NCBI GenBank assembly: GCA_050230475.1
Contig: JBFLGF010000071.1
Location: 53,035 to 73,034 of the forward strand
Direction: 5' to 3'
Source: Ancylonema sp.
Lineage: Eukaryota
DNA length: 20,000 nucleotides
Shown piece after piece: positions 13,621 through 20,000 of this stretch (its first letter is position 1; each line of letters begins with the position of its first letter). The position numbers and the translations under genes were made by a program. The notes below the pieces were generated by a model. That model saw only the letters and a program-made list of their open reading frames with translations, was not told the DNA's origin and did no database searches.

Positions 13621-13877
13621 GTCAACTGTCCTGCCTTGGTCACATATCGTGGTCTCCATCAGCAGTGTGACTACTTATGTGCAGCAAAAAATGCGTTCAG
13701 GACGTTGCAGGCGAAGCTGGAAGTTTTTCGCTCATGAGGAGGTATGCAGGAAGCGTATGAACAGAAGGGCAAATTGGCATCGAGTGCGGCAATCATGCAG
13801 CGCAGAGTGCGGTCTGCGGTTTACAGCTATGGTGTCAGCACCTGCCGCCTGGGAAGACGGCAACATCGTCCTGGGTA

Positions 13878-14000
13878 CAGTGCTCCCTCGATATAACGAC
13901 ACGAAAAAAACCAATAAAGTGTCGTTATATCGAGGTGTCGTTATACACTACATTTACTACTAAAATCTGAAATCTATGTCCTTGCATCGAGGGACTTTGC
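13878..14000. mobile_element. Left end or short remnant of another pogo/Tigger-type MITE
   Basis: TA|CAGTGCTCCCTCGATATAACGACAC followed by the inverted copy GTGTCGTTATATCGAGG and a further TGTCGTTATA. Only a degenerate candidate right end is seen (about 13977-14000). Confidence 0.6.
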
Positions 14001-14320
14001 GAATGAAGCAAAGTGAATAAGAAAATGTGTTTATTATGTGTTTATTATGTGTTTCCTAGAGCATAATTATCCAATTCAGCGTGTGTGTTTATATACGAGT
14101 TATACAAGTGCGTCATGATACCAATACATGCGAATGGACAAAATATACCACAATACTTTACGAGGAGAGTTGGGGTATTAAGGTTGTCACAAAGCAACAC
14201 CGGACACGCACGTTCTATTGGACATGGAGTTAAGCAGTGGACTATTGGAATGAACAACATGGACATTTTTTAACACCTCGTAACGTTAACATTGAATGAG
14301 TGTAACTTGAGAGAGCTTCG

Positions 14321-15737
14321 CAACCCATGCACCGGGCTGGGGCCCGTTTTCTGTACGGCACGTTTTCCGGACGGGGCCGAGGGCAATCTGCCGGCCCTGG
14401 CAAATGCAAACGGCGTACGGATTTGCTCGCAAACGTTCGGAATACGGCCGTGAAATGCGGCAAACGGGTAAGGACTGTACGGATGAAAACGTTTGCGCTT
14501 GCAAACGTTTGCGTCCGTACAGTCCGTACATGTCCGTATATGTCCGTACCAATGACTCCGGATTTTTTTTGAAAAACAGGTAGATTCGGTCGTGAATGTG
14601 TACAAAATCTGCTGACAAAGGGGATTCGGACGGCATCGGGGGATGGGACAGGGTCGTGAACGACGCTCACCCGTCAGATGCTAGATATTTCAGAAAACTG
14701 AAAGATTCTTTCTTACACACGACAAACAGAATCTATGATCGAACGGGAGACGGGCTACGGGCCAAGATACGATGGTGGGACACGACAGAATAGGGACGTG
14801 CTACAGGACAAAACAAAATAACGGGGACAGGGAAAATACGGGGGAAATGTAATGATGACATAAACGGGGATACAACAAACTGACGGGGACAAATTGGGGG
14901 TACGACAAAATAGAGAGTCCGCCGATTCAATCATTGCGCGCCGTCCAGTGGCGCGCGGAAATTGCTCTGCCGACGGGACATATTTATGTACTTCTCTGTA
15001 CCTTTTCGTCATTGCTGGCGTTCAAAACGGTACAAAATGTCAGAAGTTGGAAACCCTGCATCAGCACAAAAAACGTCGCTGAAATATTCGTTTGCAATGA
15101 TTGCGATGTGATGATTACAAGTTCAAAAAAGCCGAAATACCCAGCCCCGGAGCAGGGTATTTTCCAGCGGCACAGGGTCCCTAGGAAAACCTCGACCAGA
15201 ATCTACCAAGGTCATCATTACTGCTTGCCTGGCGGTCCGAGTTGGCCGAATTTGACGTCTCACGTCCTACGTGACTACATGTTACAGCATATCTGCAACA
15301 AATTTTGTGCGTGGTGGAATGGTCATCATCACGAAAACATTGGTCGGTAATCATTGCAAATTCTGAACCTGGTTTGTTTCCCTCGATACTGTCTCAACCT
15401 GCGAGTAAATCGTCGCAACCACGAAATCGGCCGTCAACCAGAAAATACTCACGAGAAACACGTTGCTGACATGGAGTGACATGGCAGGGAAACCGGGACC
15501 AAAACTGCGGAACTGCATATCTGCAAACAAGTAATGGGTTTACGGCTTAGCCGAGAAGGGGCCTTTTATCTAGGAATAAATTTGCGGACGTTTGCGAATG
15601 CACACGTTTGCAAAACGTTTGCTAAATGCAAACGTTTTGCAAACGTTTGCAACACTTTTGCCGTACGGACGTATTCCGTACGTCCGCATTTGCAAAACGG
15701 CGTTTGCATACATTTTTGCCGTCCCGGTGCATCCCTG
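14321..15737. mobile_element. Probable non-autonomous DNA transposon (hAT-like ends) with subterminal repeat clusters
   Basis: The right end CCCGGTGCATCCCTG reads CAGGGATGCACCGGG on the minus strand; the left end CAACCCATGCACCGGG shares ATGCACCGG. GCAAACG/CGTTTGC and CCGTAC/GTACGG motifs cluster at both ends (14400-14550, 15580-15720). The candidate 8-bp TSD matches at only 5/8. Confidence 0.5.
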
Positions 15738-15750
15738 GAACTACTACTAC

Positions 15751-16206
15751 TGTTAGGGGCGGATGCAAAAGGCGTCCCTAGCAAGCGAATTGCAAAATGC
15801 ACATGAGTGAAAAGATGGCGAAATGCCGGCTAGGAGGAGATGGCGTGAGCCGAGTGGAAATGGTGTTGGTATAATCGGGGTGCACGTAGATGAGTTGATA
15901 GGAATGCTCTAAAGGCATTCCTATCGACTAGATATAGGAACTGGTTGAAGTCTGAACCACGACTACAAGTGGGATAACTCACTCTAAATATGATAAGGAC
16001 ACATCAAGTCTGCTAACGGAACAACTGCCTGAGCTAAGGACACATCAGAATACTCCCTAGGGGCCAGGCGGCCGCTAGGGACACAACTCCCACTCTATAG
16101 GGACAGAACTCGCTATAGAAGGAAAAACTGAGCTAGTAGCGCTCTAGCGCTAAGTGTGGGGACCTCGCGGTAGGGAGCCCTAGTGACTGTAGCGAGGGTC
16201 CTAACA
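15751..16206 (-). repeat. 3' LTR (456 bp) of a Ty3/gypsy chromovirus
   Basis: TGTTAGG...CCTAACA perfect 7-bp terminal inverted repeat; adjacent to the PPT and the end of the chromodomain ORF; homologous to 18109-18510. Confidence 0.9.
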
Positions 16207-16804
16207 GTACCCCCCCCTCAAGGCGCGGAACGCGATGAGGGAGGCGGTGCAGGCCGAGCGGGAAACGTGGGCATGGAAATCTGCGACCGCGTCAGCAGCA
16301 TTTTCCATGTTGTCGGCAGGTTCCCAAGAACGCTCCGAGTCATCGTACCCGACCCAATCGACGAGGTAAAAGAGCTGGCCTCGCACGAGCTTAGAATCCA
16401 GAACTGTGGCCACCTCATGTTGTGGCGCGCCGTCCACAACGACCGGGGGTGGAGGCGCCACGACACGACCTTAGAATGTGTTGGTATGGTACGGCTCGAG
16501 GAGGCTGACGTGGAAGACGGGATGGATTTTCACAGAGGACGGCAACTCTAAGCGATACGACGAGGTGCCGATCTGGCCAAGAACCGGAAAAGGACCCAGA
16601 CGACGGACATCGAGTTTGGAGGAAAGACGAGTAGATCCGACGTGGCGCCGGGACAGCCATACTTTCTGACCAAGCGAATATATCGGAGCAGATCTGCGCT
16701 TCCGATTGGCCGAAGTTTCCATCGCCCACTGGGATTTGCGAAGCGCTGATTTGAAGAAATCTTGGGTGTCGTGGATCGTTTTGACATTATCGTCGGCTGC
16801 GGGG
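16201..16804 (-). pseudogene. Ty3/gypsy integrase C-terminus (GPF motif) plus chromodomain; one in-frame stop; truncated at the N
   Basis: KVWLSRRHV...SSKLDVRRLGPFPV...YRLELPSSVKIHPVFHVSLLEPY, then TAA at 16471-16473, then in the same frame PPPPVVVDG..HEVATVLDSKLVRGQLFYLVDWVGYDDSERSWEPADNM...VADFH. The stop codon lies within the LTR (TGT TAG). Confidence 0.93.
16210..16219 (-). other. Polypurine tract of the gypsy element
   Basis: GAGGGGGGGG on the minus strand, 3 nt before the LTR start. Confidence 0.85.
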
Positions 16805-16805
16805 N
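16805..16805. other. Single N, probably an assembly join or gap
   Basis: The gypsy reading frame ends here and composition switches abruptly from GC-rich coding to AT-rich non-coding DNA. Confidence 0.8.
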
Positions 16806-16986
16806 AATGGTTTCGGTTTTCTCAAAAGGAATTAATTCGTCAAAGATTCGTAAAAATGATTCCGGTTGTTCTTATTGATGATTTTTGGCAATCATTCCGA
16901 GAGACCTACATGTACAAAATAATAAAAAAAACAAAAAAACGAATAACTATAAATGTTTTTTTGTGAGTGATTCCACCATTTAGGTA

Positions 16987-17529
16987 TAATGGAGTCTTGG
17001 TATAGTGATAATTTTATAAATAGTGGGGTTAAATGCCCCTCTATCGAACGCTAGGGCTATCATTGTACACTACACAGTGGCATTTGATAGGGCGACTATA
17101 GGCAGATGTCTTCATATGGAAACTTAGGTATCAAATCGAGTTCGCAACTATTTGGTAAGGGAGGTGGATCATCCAAACGGCGTTTGTTAACATATCCATT
17201 CGCTTTACTGAATACTAAATAATGTCGGGACCATAAAAAATGATTAGTTACAAAGGTTATTCATCAACACGTCATATTTTGGGTGAAATACCGAAATTGG
17301 GCGGAAGACTTTTATTACATTAGATAGGATAATACTTTTCAGAGTATGACTTCAGACAAAGTTTTACTGTATAGTGACATTGCAATAAGAAACCCTGGGA
17401 TTTTTGGTCACCATAACGTATGTCACTCTAGCGACCGTCACTATATAGAGTAGATTTTATACATAAATAGAAATGTCACTACATCGAGATTGCCACTAAT
17501 AAGTGTGTAACTATATCAAGACAAATGTT
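16987..17529. mobile_element. Older, diverged and uninterrupted copy of the 130-6411 MITE family (about 543 bp)
   Basis: Colinear blocks shared with 130-575 and 6281-6411: TATAGTGA.AATTTTAT, TAAGGGAGGTGG.TCATC.AAA, ACACGTCA.ATTT.GGGTGAAA, GTATAGTGACAT.GCAATA, ATCGAGATTG.CACT. The TIRs are decayed and TA flanks remain. Confidence 0.8.
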
Positions 17530-18108
17530 TACACAAATGTTTGGATTCGGGTTTCAATGTTTAATTAACAATCATTTTAGGTGCCCGGTATGGTAGTACC
17601 TGTCCAAAGGCGGAACCGGCGTCCTTGGGCCCGAGTCGAGACTCCCGACCTTGGGCAAGTGTAATTATTGACAAACCTTTGTAAGGTGATAACTCATACT
17701 TTTCCCCGGCCCCGCCGAGGTGTAAAGTATTGATGTACGGATCTACACTTATTCGTACATAATATTTGTACGGATTAGGGGTTGATTATGGGGGGGGTGG
17801 GGGGGGGGAACTGGAGAAATAGAAGTGGTTTATCCACGGGACTGAGCGTGAGTAAGATGCGGGGCGGGTAGTCCACTCGGTTGTAGGAAGTCTTGCCCGG
17901 GCGGGGGTGTCCGCTCCAAGCGGGCTTGCAGCCAATACGGACCACCGGCATATGCGGGCTACGACATCTTTGACATCTGAGCCACGTCACCAATAATATT
18001 TTTAGGCTTTGGTGTGAAATTTTTATCCTCCACTGCACTTCGATAATTCTAACAACAAAGAGAGGATTTAAAGACAAAAAAAACCCAAAATGTTAATTCC
18101 TAACACGA

Positions 18109-18510
18109 TGTTAGGGACGGATGAAAACGTCCCTAGCAATATGAAGATCGCAAGTTGCACAAGAAATAATCAATGGCAATGGCAAGATGTAATGATAATG
18201 AAGGCGACAATGGCCCTGACCGGATTGGTTTAAAGTGGTAAATCACACTGTGAAATGTGCGAAGTATATGAGTTGATAGGAATACTCTCAATGCATTCCT
18301 AGTGGCTAGATATACTAAAACTCGGGTCAAGTCAACTCAACACTAAGTGTGGGATAACACACTCTAGCTAATGGCAAAACAAAAGTCCCTGAAGGCACAA
18401 ACACACAACTCGATTCAAGGACAAAGGCGCTAGTAGCGCCCTAGGGCTAGTAGTGCTAAATGTAGCAACCTCGCTAAGGAATACTAGTGACTACAACGAG
18501 GGTCCTAACA
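18109..18510 (-). mobile_element. Isolated gypsy-type LTR (402 bp) from a family related to 15751-16206
   Basis: TGTTAGG...GAGGGTCCTAACA termini and shared blocks (ATGAGTTGATAGGAAT, GTGGGATAAC.CACTCTA, GCTAGTAGCGC, CTAGTGACT). No matching TSD (CACGA vs ATTAC) and no adjacent internal domain. Confidence 0.82.
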
Positions 18511-18762
18511 ATTACCCTGATTTGTAGTCGCATGCCCCTCGTTTTCATCCGAGGTACGAGCTACCACCTTTTACTCAGTCTCAATCCGGGCATTCTTATG
18601 TTTTGCTCCCTTTGAGGCTTCCTTCAGATTCTTGCGGCCATTGAGTGAGTTGAGGACATTGAGAGGCACTTAAGTTCATCGCAATATGTTCGATTTGCCA
18701 GCAGACGACCCCACCAGGTGTTCTATAATTATAGTGCAACTTTTTCTTGATTTATTGAGACA

Positions 18763-19089
18763 ATGACAACACTCGACGTCAAGATCACCTTTAGTGTTGA
18801 ACCAAAATGCGAACTTGGCTCCATGTTTCCTCCTCCCTACGTGACGGTATGGTTATTTTTGGCATCAAAAGACGGAACCCGTGGCCCGCAACTTATACAA
18901 ACTTGGACACATATGAAGTATGGCCTTGCAGCCGCAAGTTACTTATTACGGTCGAGTCCGACAATTTTGCAAGGCTTGGCAAATGGAATAACACGTCCCA
19001 TCCTTCCCGTCACAATCCCATCTCAAACTTGGACGATCGGACGAGGATTTACTAGCGAAGACGTAGATGACTTTCGCCGTGCAATGTAG
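18763..19089 (+). CDS. Orphan 108-aa ORF, hypothetical
   Basis: ATG-initiated open frame with protein-like composition in AT-richer flanks; TATAAT about 40 nt upstream; no recognisable motif. Confidence 0.25.
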   Translation: MTTLDVKITFSVEPKCELGSMFPPPYVTVWLFLASKDGTRGPQLIQTWTHMKYGLAAASYLLRSSPTILQGLANGITRPILPVTIPSQTWTIGRGFTSEDVDDFRRAM

Positions 19090-20000
19090 GATCGATTTCA
19101 CATTCACAGTAACACTTTAAAACGACTTGGACCTCGTGGTGTTATTTGCCGACTTCATAAATTTCGTACCTGTTATATCATACCGAAAAATTATACAAGT
19201 TCACAAATTTTAAGCGTATTTTAGCGCATTAATACGCTGGGAGCGTATGATAACACACTGTATGGTGCGTATTGTGCAATAGTGGGCCACGCTACTAACA
19301 CAAAGAAGAATCCGTTATTTGTTATACGCAATTACTCAAACCTTATTGTCCATGTTTTGACACAAAGAACAATTGTACAAAAAACGTGCTACCTAAATAT
19401 GTGCATCGCGAGGATCAATACCAATGAGTGTCGTTGGAAGGTTGGCAATAAACAAGAAGAACAAGAAAACAAGCAACATGCATGAATAAAAGCAACCGTT
19501 TACACCACGAAGGAACCCAACCACCAAGTACAATCTATAAACTCTACATATTGCCTTTTCTACGAGCAATCACTAAAAAGGCCCAATCCCTCCAAAGGCA
19601 CACGGCTTTCCACACCGTAGCCACTACATGGCAATAAATCCATATAAAGGCACAAGCACCCTCTCCATTGGTACGAAATAAGCGAGAATTCAGAATTTAA
19701 AAATTACAAAGTTGAGCCCCTATACTATACATTATGATAATACGCATAGTAATCCTCAATCACGGGACACAAAACACACAAAAAAAAAAAAACGACATGA
19801 TCCACTCTTCGTTTAGTACACATGTACAGTAGAAAAGGTCGCTTTTATAATGAACTACATTTTACTGGAATGTAATAAAACGGACTTAGAAGGTGCCAAA
19901 GGGAAAAGGGGGAAAGGGGGGTATGCAAGAGAAAGGACTGTTAGAATATTTCGGATAGCCATATGTTATGCGTGCTAGTCCAGTTGTAACCGGTTACTCT

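Noticed and set aside
14242..15806. Several 60-140 aa ORFs within the repeat-bounded element
   Set aside because: They have no transposase or other motifs and are largely translations of subterminal repeats.
15751..18510. The two gypsy LTRs as ends of one element (outer flanks ACTAC vs ATTAC match 4/5)
   Set aside because: The LTRs are far too divergent (different lengths, only blockwise similarity) for the well-preserved integrase. An N join and unrelated DNA lie between them, and no PBS or gag adjoins the right LTR.
19955..19980. Helitron 3' end (CTAG|T)
   Set aside because: No convincing GC-rich hairpin precedes the CTAG.

Overview
This is eukaryotic, transposon-rich genomic DNA. It is most likely from a streptophyte alga or early-diverging plant, inferred from the plant-type Rab3GAP protein and the tRNA-iMet-primed copia. 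From left to right: (1) a three-level nest in which a pogo/Tigger-type MITE (130-6411) contains a Tc2-like MITE (576-6278), which contains a full-length but decayed minus-strand Ty1/copia element (629-5758; two 473-bp LTRs, GAAAT target-site duplication); (2) a 356-bp MITE; (3) a spliced host gene (7845-11109, about 712 aa) encoding a Rab3 GTPase-activating protein catalytic subunit with an unexpected SYAP1/SAP47-like BSD domain near its N-terminus; (4) a 16-bp minisatellite whose core matches the bacterial DnaA box; (5) a possible decayed minus-strand gene and further DNA-transposon remnants; (6) the 3' end of a Ty3/gypsy chromovirus cut by an N at 16805; (7) an older copy of the first MITE, a related gypsy LTR and a short orphan ORF. 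No rRNA, tRNA or CRISPR array was seen. The best novelty candidate is the BSD-Rab3GAP1 architecture. All homology calls come from remembered motifs, not database searches.
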